Shown piece after piece: positions 1 through 9,624 of a stretch of DNA of 33,130 nucleotides (positions are counted from its first letter, which is position 1; every line of letters begins with the position of its first letter). The stretch comes from Desulfobacterales bacterium (GTDB lineage: Bacteria > Desulfobacterota > Desulfobacteria > Desulfobacterales > UBA2245): positions 124,001-157,130 of the forward strand of contig JAXGZF010000009.1 in the NCBI GenBank assembly GCA_040771865.1. Direction: 5' to 3'. A program made the position numbers and the translations under genes. A model generated the notes under the pieces. That model searched no databases. It was not told the origin of the DNA and was given only the letters and a program-made list of their open reading frames with translations.

Positions 1-273
1 TTTTTCCAGGGTGAACCGGGAAAGATATTTTCCATCATGGCCCGTCTCAAACTCGTCGACCACCTTTCCATCCACGGTCAGTCGCAGTTCGGCTTCGGCG
101 ATCGGTTCGTTGTGGGTATCCACGATTGAGCCCGAAATGGAAACCCGATCCCCGTCAAGAATCATTTCCCCGGTATTCGCGCCTTTTCCGCCGTGCGAGG
201 CCCATGCAAGGGGAGCGAGCATCAACAGGGCCAATATGAATGTAATGATTTTCATGGATCGCATATGGTACAT
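1..273 (-). CDS. 5' part of a gene running off the window: signal peptide plus beta-rich, carboxypeptidase-regulatory-like extracytoplasmic domain
   Basis: Not in ORF track. Manual translation from ATG 273: MYHMRSMKIITFILALLMLAPLAWASHGGKGANTGEMILDGDRVSISGSIVDTHNEPIAEAELRLTVDGKVVDEFETGHDGKYLSRFTLEK, open to the window edge. AGGAG about 10 nt upstream; Sec signal ending A-W-A. Confidence 0.75.
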   Translation of the reverse strand, partial: MYHMRSMKIITFILALLMLAPLAWASHGGKGANTGEMILDGDRVSISGSIVDTHNEPIAEAELRLTVDGKVVDEFETGHDGKYLSRFTLEK

Positions 274-1436
274 AAGAACAACTCTCCTGTGCTTCAATTT
301 TGATTGACGCTGGTTTTGCACATACACGATCGATTGCAACGCACTGGTAAGGACCCTCGCTCCGCACCCGACGTCTGATGCAAAACCTCCTCAAAACAAA
401 CTCGTATCTATTTAAATATATTGATTTTAACATGACATATCAGTTGTGGTCTGGCATCAGACAATTCAAGAAAGGTCTTGATTGATCTGCTCAGGTCGCA
501 CCGAAGCTCTATTCCACCCCCCTCCGACGCAGAAAAAAGATTTCATCGTTAAACATGAATTTCTGAAAGGAAAAGAATCGGAAGAAGCCCTGAGTCAACG
601 CGCAGGCGTGGCCGCAAAAATGCACCATAACATTTCAAAATAAATAAACATTTTGAAACCTTATCTACATTTTAATTTGTCTGGTACTGCGTCTGCTGCT
701 TTTCAACGCCAGAGGCGCCGGCGGAGTTTTCTGACTGACCTGTAGTTGATCATTCGAATCATCCGACTTTGGCGGGCAAACTCTGATGGTAAGGAAAATA
801 TTGCCATGGAGTTTTTGAAAATGTATAAGCCATCAAATTTCATCGAAAAGCCTAACACCCTCAAAAAAATGGGGGGAGAGCTTTGGGTGAATTTTACATG
901 CAAATCCTGCCAAAGCGATTGCGCTCAGCCAAGGTTCAGAAACCGTCGGTTTCATCTTCCAAAACTAAACCGGATCACTTTTAGATCCGCCCCATGTCTT
1001 TGTCAAGAAGAATTTTTATGCCTTTATTTTTTCCAACATGCCGTTATATTTATATTTTATTTCTTAATCTCACAAAGAGAATAAATATCATGGATAAATT
1101 TTACAATGGTTCCAAATGTGGCTGTTCATGCCCGGCAGCCTGATTCGCGTGATGGGAAAAAGATGCGCGGGATGAGTCAGCCTGACGAAACCCGCAAATT
1201 CAAGTCGATGATCCGACGTTTTCATTAAAGTTTTTGCTTTTTCTGCCGATTAATAAAAACAGAAACACTTCCGTCATTTTTTGAATTTGTGCCAAAACGG
1301 CATGATTCGGCGCTTTCAGCGCTTCCGTGTGTTCGATGTCCCTGCTTGTATTGCGCCGGAACTCCGGCCAGAAATTCTAAAGCCGGCGATTGTTTCATGG
1401 CCGGGCATCAGCGCTTGAATACCGGGAGAACGTCCG

Positions 1437-4040
1437 ATGTCTCTAAAATTGAAAACCATCATCGCCTTTTTGTGCGTATTTATTGCGTTTGCGGCCGCGA
1501 ATCTTCTGGTCTACCGCATGATCATATTTCCAAAATTCGTGGAGCTGGAAAACGAAGAGATACAGAAAGACGCCCAGCGCGCGATCCATGCAATCCACCG
1601 CGAGATCGAGCATCTGGATCAAATCTGTCATGACTGGTCCGCCTGGGACGATACCCACGCTTTCGCCGAAACCCGCGCAGAGGACTATATCAACGACAAT
1701 TTTCCGGAGAATCTTTATGAGGACCTCCGGCTCAATCTGGTCTGCATCTTCGACAAGGAAGGGCGGCTCCTCTTCGGTCAGCACCGGAAAGCGGGGAGTT
1801 ACGAGCCTTTCGAAACCCCGATTTCGGATAATTGGCCGGTTAAACTGGACGATTTTTCGCTGGTTTCTCAAGCTGAAACCCGCGCCTTCGGAGACATCAA
1901 GATTACCGGAATTTACATAACCGATCAGGGTCCCATGATCGTTGCCTCCCGTCCGATCCTCAGCAGCATGAATCAGGGTCCGATCAACGGCACGCTGATC
2001 ATGGGGCGCGTGCTGGATCCGGCTTTTGTCAAATCCGTCGCCGAACAGGCGAATATATCTCTGGAAATCAAGACCATTCTCAATGTTGTGCTTCCGATGT
2101 CGCTTCATGAGATCGTTTCGAGAATCAGCCCGAAATCGCCTTTCTGGATTGAAAGAAACAATCCGGACAACCTCAGTTGTTTTGCGGTTTTTTCGGACAT
2201 TGAAGGACGACCGGCGCTGCTTCTGACCGTAAAATCCGCTTCAAAGATCTCGGCAACGGGCGCTTCGGCCATCGGCTATGCCTGGCTGCTGAATTCGCTG
2301 TCCGCCGTTGCGGTGCTTCTCGTGGCGCTTTGGATGCTCCAACGCGCCGTGGTCGGACCGGTTACCCGATTGTCGGAACACGCGCTTTCCATTGGAAATG
2401 AAAGGAATCTTTCCAAGGGTCTCAACATACCAAAAACCGATGAAATCGGCAGGCTCGAATATATCTTGGACAAGATTGTGGCGCATCTGGACGATGTTGC
2501 ATCGCAATTGGCAAAATCAGAGGAAATGTACCGCCTGATTACCGAGCATGCCCTGTCCGTCGTCCTTCTGTTTCAGAACGGCATATTGATATACGCAAAC
2601 CGCAAGGCCGTCGAATTAAGCGGTTACAGTCCGGAAGAGATCATGTACATGCCGACGCGGGAACTGATGCATCCGGAAGACCTCCAGCGGCTGGAGGAGA
2701 TCCGGCAGATCGGTCAGACCCCGGTATCCCAGGAGATCCGTTATCTGACCCGGTCCGGACAGACCCGGTGGCTTGAGATGCTGTCGGTTCCCATTGTTTA
2801 CAACAACGCGGATACGACGCTGATTCACGGCATCGACATCACCGACAAAAAGAAGATCCAGATGGAGCAGAAGGAAATTGCAACCCGGTTGCAGCGCGCC
2901 GAAAAAATGGAGATGATCGGCGCCATTGTCGGCGGAGTGGCCCATGATCTGAACAATATTCTCAGCGGACTGATCACCTATCCCGAGCTGATTCTGATTC
3001 AAATGCCCGCCGACAGCCCGTACCGAAACGCCCTGAACACCATTCGGCAGTCCGGAAAAAAAGCCGAAGCCATCGTGCAGGATCTGCTGACCCTGTCCCG
3101 AAGAGGCGTGGCCTGCTCGGAAGCCGTCTGCCTGAATGAAATCGTGGCAACCTATCTTGACAGCCCGGAACACCACAAAATCATGTCCTTCAACACGAAA
3201 GTCCAAGTGATCACCAATCTTGATGAAAATTTATTGAATATCATGGGCTCGCCCGTGCATCTGTCCAAGACACTGATGAACCTGGCATCCAATGCCGTGG
3301 AATCCATGGCCGGCGGAGGCACGCTGAGCATATCCACGGAAAACTGTTATCTGGATTACCCGCTAAAGGGATATAATACGGTCAAAGAAGGCGATTATGT
3401 CCGCCTGACCGTATCGGATACGGGCACAGGCATCGGCGAGGAAGACCGGGAAAAAATATTCGAGCCGTTCTACACCAAGAAGGTCATGGGGAAAAGCGGC
3501 ACCGGCCTCGGGCTTGCCGTGGTCTGGTCCACGGTTAAGGATCATCAGGGGTATATTCAACTGGAAAGCGTGATTGGAAAAGGCTCCTCCTTTCACCTGT
3601 ATTTTCCGGTGACTCTGAAAATCGCTCAAAGGACGGCCCCTGCCGTTTCCCTGGACAGGTTCAGGGGAAACGGCGAAAAGATTCTGGTGGTGGACGATGT
3701 TTCCGAGCAGAGGGAGATCGCCGCTGAAATGTTGAAAGCGCTGGGATATCACGCGGCATCGGTTCCCAACGGAGAAGCGGCGCTGGAATACCTGGCGCAC
3801 AGCCCGGCGGACCTCATTCTGCTGGACATGATCATGGATCCGGGCATGGACGGCCTGGAAACCTACCGCCGCATACTAAAAATAAGGCCGGGTCAGAAGG
3901 CGATCATCGTGAGCGGCTATTCGGAAACCGACCGGGTGAGTGAGGTCAAAAGCCTGGGCGCCGTGCAGTATATCAAAAAGCCCTATATGCTGGAAAAAAT
4001 CGGCCTGGCAATTCGGCGCGAACTCGAAAAGCCAGAATGA
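1437..4040 (+). CDS. Hybrid sensor histidine kinase (TM-CHASE4-TM-HAMP-PAS-HisKA-HATPase-receiver)
   Basis: 867 aa. CHASE4-like DWSAWDDT, HAMP DEIGRL, PAS MHPED, H-box VAHDLNNIL, G-boxes DTGTGI and GTGLGL, receiver VVDD / LLDMIMDPGMDG / KKP. GGGAG RBS. Confidence 0.93.
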   Translation: MSLKLKTIIAFLCVFIAFAAANLLVYRMIIFPKFVELENEEIQKDAQRAIHAIHREIEHLDQICHDWSAWDDTHAFAETRAEDYINDNFPENLYEDLRLNLVCIFDKEGRLLFGQHRKAGSYEPFETPISDNWPVKLDDFSLVSQAETRAFGDIKITGIYITDQGPMIVASRPILSSMNQGPINGTLIMGRVLDPAFVKSVAEQANISLEIKTILNVVLPMSLHEIVSRISPKSPFWIERNNPDNLSCFAVFSDIEGRPALLLTVKSASKISATGASAIGYAWLLNSLSAVAVLLVALWMLQRAVVGPVTRLSEHALSIGNERNLSKGLNIPKTDEIGRLEYILDKIVAHLDDVASQLAKSEEMYRLITEHALSVVLLFQNGILIYANRKAVELSGYSPEEIMYMPTRELMHPEDLQRLEEIRQIGQTPVSQEIRYLTRSGQTRWLEMLSVPIVYNNADTTLIHGIDITDKKKIQMEQKEIATRLQRAEKMEMIGAIVGGVAHDLNNILSGLITYPELILIQMPADSPYRNALNTIRQSGKKAEAIVQDLLTLSRRGVACSEAVCLNEIVATYLDSPEHHKIMSFNTKVQVITNLDENLLNIMGSPVHLSKTLMNLASNAVESMAGGGTLSISTENCYLDYPLKGYNTVKEGDYVRLTVSDTGTGIGEEDREKIFEPFYTKKVMGKSGTGLGLAVVWSTVKDHQGYIQLESVIGKGSSFHLYFPVTLKIAQRTAPAVSLDRFRGNGEKILVVDDVSEQREIAAEMLKALGYHAASVPNGEAALEYLAHSPADLILLDMIMDPGMDGLETYRRILKIRPGQKAIIVSGYSETDRVSEVKSLGAVQYIKKPYMLEKIGLAIRRELEKPE

Positions 4041-4056
4041 AAACTCACTAAAAGAA

Positions 4057-4285
4057 TTTGAACCACGAAGAATAAAGAGCTTGAACCACGAAAGACAAGA
4101 GGTTGAAGCAGAATCGCTGTACGGCATCAACCCAGTCAGAAAAGATTCAGATCTTTCGCCCACTATTATGTTTTTCAAGTAATTTCAGCATATTGATATT
4201 TATGCCAAAAAAAGTTGATCCGACAGAATAAGGTCTTCATTCCGCAAAACCTTCGTGTTCTTCGTGCCCTTTGTGGTAAAAAATC
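4057..4285. repeat. Dispersed repeat family B, copy 1, between convergent genes
   Basis: Left TTGAACCACGAA twice; right CTTCATTCCGCAAAAC-CTTCGTGTT-CTTCGTGCC-CTTTGTGGTAAAAAA; AT-rich centre. Confidence 0.8.
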
Positions 4286-4293
4286 ATGCTCCG

Positions 4294-6132
4294 CTATATC
4301 GCGCCGTCGAGGTCAATGCGGCTTCCAGCGGAAAACTGATCTGCAAAACTCTCATCATTGGTGGTCACGATGATCTGTCGCCCGGGGGAAATCTCGGTCA
4401 GCAGCTGGGCGAGCATTTTCTTTCTTTTCAGGTCCAGTCCGTCGGCCGGATCATCCAGAATGAACACCCCCAGGTGGCTCAGCGCATCTCCGATCGCCAA
4501 CTTGAGCAGAAGGTAAAGAAAGATGCGTTCGCTCTTGCTCATCTGGTTGAGCTTGTACTGATATCCCTTGGCCTGAATGATCGGACTGATCTGCTGCGGA
4601 CCCAGTTCGATATCGAAATCGCGCAGAAAGGTGAAGCGCCCCGCCCACTCGGAGATGCTGCGGCGCACCTTTTCCAGAAGCGACCGGTTCAGGCTCTGAA
4701 TCGCGTAATCAACGGCCTGGCAGGCGATGTTGCACATCAGCATGTGATGCCTGGACAGCTCGAATTTTTCCCTGCATTCCTGAATGAGCGCAAGATCCTG
4801 TTCCATCTGACGGACCGAGACCCTGGCGTTGATGATCCTTCCCTCCAGGCGCTCACGCTCTTTTTCAAGCTCCCGAAGCCGCTCAAAGTGCTTCTCCGGA
4901 TCCTTGAGATTTTGGGTCAGGGCCTGGTACTGGTGAAGCTCCTCGTCGGATTTGAGAAGCTGGGCCTTCAGTTCGCCGATCTGCTCTTCCAGACGCCGGG
5001 CCTCGGGAATTTTGCGCCGAAGCGTTTCGAGTTCCCGCCGCGCCGCTTCGAGACGGCGCTCCGCATCCAGAGCGCCTTGAAGATCGCGCCTTGTGGATTG
5101 AAGGCTTTTTTCCGCTGCTTCTTTCCGGCCGGCCAGCTCTGAAATCAGTTCCGACAACCGCTGCTTTGGAATCGGCTGACCGCAGGCGGCGCACCGGGCA
5201 CGGCTCTCAAGCTGCCGCAATCGAGCGGACTCGTCGTCGATATCCCGAAGACCGCGTTCCAGTTCGCCCATCCGGCGCTGAAACGCGTCGCTGGAGCCGA
5301 CCGATTCCCCGGCCGCCGCCAGAAACGCCTCGACCTCCTTTAAACGCCCGGTCAATTCGCTCAATTCGGGAAGCTGATTCCTCTGGGCCGAAGCCGCCTC
5401 CAGGGCGCCTGCCTTTTCATCCCGGCGCTGCCGAAGCAGCTTGAACAGGTTGGGATCCACAGCCTTGCCGGCATACTCGGACAGGTTTTTCAATTCCGCA
5501 TCGATTCGAGTCCGTTCGGCATCCAACGCTTCCGCCTGCTTTTTCTGTTCTTCCAGACTCAGGGCCGTAACCTCTTTTTGAGGGCAGGCCTGGTGCAGAG
5601 CCTTGTTTTCCTCCCTGGCCAGAACCAGAGCTTTCCTGAATCTGGACTGCACAATCATTACGTCGTCCATCTGAACAAGGTTCTGCAGCAGGGTTTTGTT
5701 GTACCGGGGAATATCCTGAAGAAAATAAATCAACTCGCCTTCCCGGAAAAATGAGGTCAGTGAAGCCACTTCGGCCGAAATGCCGATCGGATCCGTCTGC
5801 AAATTATCCGGAATCTCGGGATGCCAGTCTTCGGCATCCGCGCTCCTTGCATACAGCGCGGGCCCGCCCTGGGTGGAACGCTTCAGCCGGAAGGAACGGT
5901 CCCCGGCTTCAAAATCCAGAATTGCGGTTCCGAAGGTCTGCCCCTTGCGGCACAGATCCAGCGTCTTCAATCCGCTGTGAAGGTGGGTTCCGAACAGCCC
6001 GAAAAACAGGGCGTAGATCAGCGTGGATTTTCCGGTCCGGTTTTCTCCGCGCACCACCGTCAGATCGCCGAAATCAAAGGATCTGGAAACATAGCACCCG
6101 ATGTTTTCAAGCTCCGCCCGCCGGATCTTCAT
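4294..6132 (-). CDS. Rad50/SbcC-like SMC-family ATPase with zinc hook and degenerate ABC motifs
   Basis: 612 aa. Walker A GENRTGKS, long coiled coils centred on CAAC, MSKSE at the signature position, ILDDPADGLD Walker B/D-loop, VTTND at the H-switch position. Confidence 0.85.
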   Translation of the reverse strand: MKIRRAELENIGCYVSRSFDFGDLTVVRGENRTGKSTLIYALFFGLFGTHLHSGLKTLDLCRKGQTFGTAILDFEAGDRSFRLKRSTQGGPALYARSADAEDWHPEIPDNLQTDPIGISAEVASLTSFFREGELIYFLQDIPRYNKTLLQNLVQMDDVMIVQSRFRKALVLAREENKALHQACPQKEVTALSLEEQKKQAEALDAERTRIDAELKNLSEYAGKAVDPNLFKLLRQRRDEKAGALEAASAQRNQLPELSELTGRLKEVEAFLAAAGESVGSSDAFQRRMGELERGLRDIDDESARLRQLESRARCAACGQPIPKQRLSELISELAGRKEAAEKSLQSTRRDLQGALDAERRLEAARRELETLRRKIPEARRLEEQIGELKAQLLKSDEELHQYQALTQNLKDPEKHFERLRELEKERERLEGRIINARVSVRQMEQDLALIQECREKFELSRHHMLMCNIACQAVDYAIQSLNRSLLEKVRRSISEWAGRFTFLRDFDIELGPQQISPIIQAKGYQYKLNQMSKSERIFLYLLLKLAIGDALSHLGVFILDDPADGLDLKRKKMLAQLLTEISPGRQIIVTTNDESFADQFSAGSRIDLDGAI

Positions 6133-6311
6133 TTTGAAACCTGCTGCTTCAGCCGCGCACCGATCTCACGCTCGTCGGCATAGGGATTTTCCAGGGCAAA
6201 CCGGAATACGTCCCTGATCCGCTGTTTATCGTCGTCATTCAGGTTGTTTTCCAATGCCAGTTCATCCACGCGCCTGTCAAACAGGTGAATCAGCCATTCG
6301 TTCTGTATCAC
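6129..6311 (-). CDS. Small hypothetical protein (60 aa) translationally coupled to the Rad50-like gene
   Basis: GTG start with GGAG upstream; ATGA overlap at 6129-6132; amphipathic helical sequence. Confidence 0.75.
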   Translation of the reverse strand: MIQNEWLIHLFDRRVDELALENNLNDDDKQRIRDVFRFALENPYADEREIGARLKQQVSK

Positions 6312-6453
6312 GCCGCGCTCCGCCTTGAGTTAGAATTCAGACCCTTTTCTGAACACATTTATGAACCCCTGTCGACTGAAAAATTCGAGGCGGCTCGAAC
6401 CCGCTGTAAAACAAAGAGGCTAAAGCCGCCCGACTGTTCCGAAATCGATCAAC

Positions 6454-7077
6454 TTAATGAACGCGAGGGTCCTGCTTCTCAGCGTCGGCATCAACTTCGA
6501 CTGCTTTTTCAGCGGCGCCGGCATCAGCCTCGACCGCCTTTTCAGCGGGCTTTGAATCCACCGGCATTTTCCCGCGCATCATGGGGCGGCGGCCCATCCT
6601 GTCGTGTCTCATTCTTTTATACGGCATGTCTTTTTGTAGTTTTTCAAGCTGCTCGGGGGTCAGTTTCGCCTTAATCTGCTCCCTGAGTTTGAGGCTCATG
6701 ACCTCCAGGTCCGCTCGAAGCGATGAGACCTGACGTATTTTCTGCTCAGCGAGCGGCATGTCAACTCCGTCCGCCGCCAGAATTTCCTGCAATTCAATCG
6801 AGGCGACATCGATATCCGCTCTTTTCCGCACCATGTCTTTTGCATACAGGAACCGAATCGTCTGGATTTCCTGCTGTTGCTCATCCGTCAGGTCCAGCAT
6901 GGAGATCGCTTTTAAAACATGATCCGGCATGTCCATTTCGCATGGCGCCATGCATCTGACCGGGCACTTTTCCTGCGCTCCGGCGTCCTTCATTCCTTCC
7001 ATCATCATCGCCGAAGCGCCGGCGGCAAAGACCACGACAGACACACCCAGCAGCCATCCCAATAAATGCTTTTTCAT
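6454..7077 (-). CDS. Periplasmic Spy/CpxP/ZraP-like protein
   Basis: Start corrected to ATG 7077 (GGAGGA RBS, signal peptide MKKHLLGWLL...AGASA). LDLTDEQQQ and KLTPEQ motifs; Met/Cys-rich N-terminus. Confidence 0.85.
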   Translation of the reverse strand: MKKHLLGWLLGVSVVVFAAGASAMMMEGMKDAGAQEKCPVRCMAPCEMDMPDHVLKAISMLDLTDEQQQEIQTIRFLYAKDMVRKRADIDVASIELQEILAADGVDMPLAEQKIRQVSSLRADLEVMSLKLREQIKAKLTPEQLEKLQKDMPYKRMRHDRMGRRPMMRGKMPVDSKPAEKAVEADAGAAEKAVEVDADAEKQDPRVH

Positions 7078-7112
7078 CAGTTTTCCTCCGCAAATTTCAG
7101 GTTGATGATGTT

Positions 7113-7261
7113 TACCAGGGTGTTGAAAAACAAGAATCAGGCCGTCAGGCAAGGCGCGCGGCAATGCGACAGGCACCGCATATTCAAGCATATGTGAGCA
7201 TTTGCGAGAGTCGCGCAATGCTGAATGGCGGCCTCAGACGCAGTTTTTCAACAGCCTGTTA
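7113..7261. mobile_element. MITE-like palindromic element, family A, full copy
   Basis: Terminal inverted repeats TACCAGGGTGTTGAAAAAC ... GTTTTTCAACAGCCTGTTA with TA at both ends; internal stems; three related copies in the window. Confidence 0.8.
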
Positions 7262-7353
7262 CACCGTTCATGAATACGAACGCTCAATAAAACCATGGAT
7301 TCACAATTTTATCCGGACCCCTGATCAAAACTTTTGATCGATGCCGGAGAAGG

Positions 7354-9513
7354 CTATTCCGGCGTTTCAGGCCCTTTCAGAATAATCCGGCAGTCGGCCA
7401 CGGTCGTCCCCCTGCCCTTTTCATGCACCAGCAGCGGATTCACATCCAGCTCCAGAATTTCTGAATGCCGCATGGCCATATCCGACAGGCACACGATCAT
7501 CCTTTCGATCTCGGCGATATCGGCCTCGGGTTTTCCGCGATACCCGGAAAAGAGCCTGGAGGCCTGAATTCCGGCCACCATCCGCATGGCCGAACTGCGG
7601 TTGACGGGCGCCAGGCGGAAGACCACATCCTTGAACACCTCGACAAAAACCCCGCCCAGGCCGAACATCAAAAGCGGTCCGAAAACCGGATACCGGTGCA
7701 TTCCCAGAATCACCTCATAACCCGAAGGCGCCATCTTCTGAACCAGAACTCCGGAAATTTCGGCCTTGGCGTCAAACGCCCCGGCATTGGAAATGATCGC
7801 GTCGAATGCCGCGCGCACCTGGGTTTCGTCTTTAAGATCGATTCTGACTCCGCCGGCGTCGGTCTTGTGAATGATCTGAGGAGAGACGATCTTGAGGGCC
7901 ACGGGATATCCGATTTCGGCGGCGATTTGAACCGCCTCGTCCGGGGACCGCGCCAGGCTGCCCGGCAGGGTGTTGAACCCGTAGCTTTTCAGAATTTCGA
8001 CGCTCTCGAGTTCTCCCAGATAGGTCCGGCCTCTTTGAAGACAGGATTCGATCACCCGCGAAGCCCTGTCCGTGTCGTGCTCCAGCTGAATGTCGGACAC
8101 ATGAGGCCGGCTGATCCACCGGGAGTAGCGGTACAGGGCGGCAAAGGCCCGGGCCGCGCTTTCCGGAAACTTGTAAACCGGGTATCCGTGCTCCTGAAGG
8201 AACTTGACGCCCGCGGACACATCGATGATGCCCATGAACGAACAGAGGATCGGCTTGAACGACCGCCGTGCGATTTTTACAACGACCCTGGCCGTTTCAA
8301 GCGCGTTGGTCATGGACTGGGGCGTGAGAATGACCAGTGCGCCGTCGACGTTTTCATCGTTGATCACCGCTTCCAGGGCCCGTTCATACCGGTTCGGGTC
8401 CGCGTCTCCGATTACGTCCACCGGGTTTTTCAAATTGGCGGCAGAAGGAAGATGGCGTGAAAGGGCCTCGATGGTTCCGGGTTGAAACTCGGCCAGGGCC
8501 AGTCCGGCGGACACCGTGACGTCGGTGGCCAGAATGCCCGGGCCGCCGGCATTTGTGACGATGGCCACGCGGTTTCCGGCGGGAAGCTTTCGGATCATCT
8601 TGCCCAGAGCGGTTTCATGCTTGTAGTTGAACGCTTCGGCCAGATCGAAGAGTTCCCCGATGGAATCGGCCCGAATAATGCCTGTCTGATCGAAAATGGC
8701 TTCATACACTGCTTCGGAACCGGCCAGAGCGCCTGTATGGGAGGCTGCGGCCCTGGCCCCCGCGCCGGTGCGGCCGGACTTGATCACGAGAACCGGCATG
8801 GGGCGGTCGCCGGAGGTGATCTCGCGCACAGCCTCGACAAACTCGGGTCCCCGGCGGAGTTCTTCAAGATAAATCATGATGACGCTGGTATCCGGATCCG
8901 CGTGCATGTACCGGAGCAGGTCCAGTTCGTCGACATCGGCCTTGTTTCCGATGGAAACAAATTTCGAAAATCCGAAGTCCCGGTCGGCTGCAAAATCCAG
9001 GACCGCCGTGCAGAGCGCTCCGCTCTGGGAAATGAACGAGATGTTGCCGGACGCCGGCATGCGGGCGGAAAAACTGGCGTTCAGTCGAACGTCCTCCATT
9101 GGATTGATCACGCCCAGGCAGTTGGGGCCGATCAGGCGCACGCCGGCCTTGCGGCACATGGCCACAATCCGGTTTTCGATCTTCACGCCCTCCCCGCCCA
9201 CCTCGCGGAAACCGGCCGACACGATCACCACGCCCCGAACGCCCTTCTCAATGGCGTCCTCAACGGTCTTCTCCGCAATGCCGGGCGGAACGATCACCAT
9301 GGCCAGATCCACCGGATCCGGAATCTCCAGAATGCTGGAATAGGCCTTGACGCACAGGATCGACCTTGCGTTCGGATTCACCGGATACAGCGTGCCCTTG
9401 AATCCGCCCCTTAAAATATTGGCGAATATGTCATGGCCCACCTTGCCCGGCGTTGTCGATGCTCCGATCACGGCAACGGAGCCGGGAGAAAATATGGCAT
9501 CCAGATCGCTCAT
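7354..9513 (-). CDS. Acetate/acyl-CoA ligase (ADP-forming), fused alpha-beta
   Basis: 719 aa. CoA-binding AVIGAS, GPNCLG, SQSGA, phospho-His motif AASHTG, NPVD, C-terminal ATP-grasp (HKTDAGGV, LDVNP). No GNAT domain. Confidence 0.9.
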   Translation of the reverse strand: MSDLDAIFSPGSVAVIGASTTPGKVGHDIFANILRGGFKGTLYPVNPNARSILCVKAYSSILEIPDPVDLAMVIVPPGIAEKTVEDAIEKGVRGVVIVSAGFREVGGEGVKIENRIVAMCRKAGVRLIGPNCLGVINPMEDVRLNASFSARMPASGNISFISQSGALCTAVLDFAADRDFGFSKFVSIGNKADVDELDLLRYMHADPDTSVIMIYLEELRRGPEFVEAVREITSGDRPMPVLVIKSGRTGAGARAAASHTGALAGSEAVYEAIFDQTGIIRADSIGELFDLAEAFNYKHETALGKMIRKLPAGNRVAIVTNAGGPGILATDVTVSAGLALAEFQPGTIEALSRHLPSAANLKNPVDVIGDADPNRYERALEAVINDENVDGALVILTPQSMTNALETARVVVKIARRSFKPILCSFMGIIDVSAGVKFLQEHGYPVYKFPESAARAFAALYRYSRWISRPHVSDIQLEHDTDRASRVIESCLQRGRTYLGELESVEILKSYGFNTLPGSLARSPDEAVQIAAEIGYPVALKIVSPQIIHKTDAGGVRIDLKDETQVRAAFDAIISNAGAFDAKAEISGVLVQKMAPSGYEVILGMHRYPVFGPLLMFGLGGVFVEVFKDVVFRLAPVNRSSAMRMVAGIQASRLFSGYRGKPEADIAEIERMIVCLSDMAMRHSEILELDVNPLLVHEKGRGTTVADCRIILKGPETPE

Positions 9514-9624
9514 GGTTTTAAACTTTCAATTTCGAGAAATGGCAATCCCCTTCTGATAATGGATCATACCGATGGGGCGTGAATTTCCTGCGGCCTGCAA
9601 AGCTCCTGTGGACCCGTATTTGCC

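Noticed and set aside
773..800. c-di-GMP-I riboswitch (GGGCAAAC)
   Set aside because: No GNRA-capped stem or following GCAAA motif.
703..1084. ORFs 703-903 and 746-1084
   Set aside because: AT-rich, atypical composition, no motifs.
4294..6311. Lamassu, Wadjet or sbcCD assignment
   Set aside because: No effector, kleisin/KITE or Mre11-type gene adjacent.
7078..7218. N-terminal extensions in the ORF track (also 16285-16407, 11896-11997, 20213-20410, 23737-23823, 27661-27696, 30470-30526)
   Set aside because: Run through repeats, spacers or the upstream gene; downstream starts match family N-termini and mostly have better RBSs.
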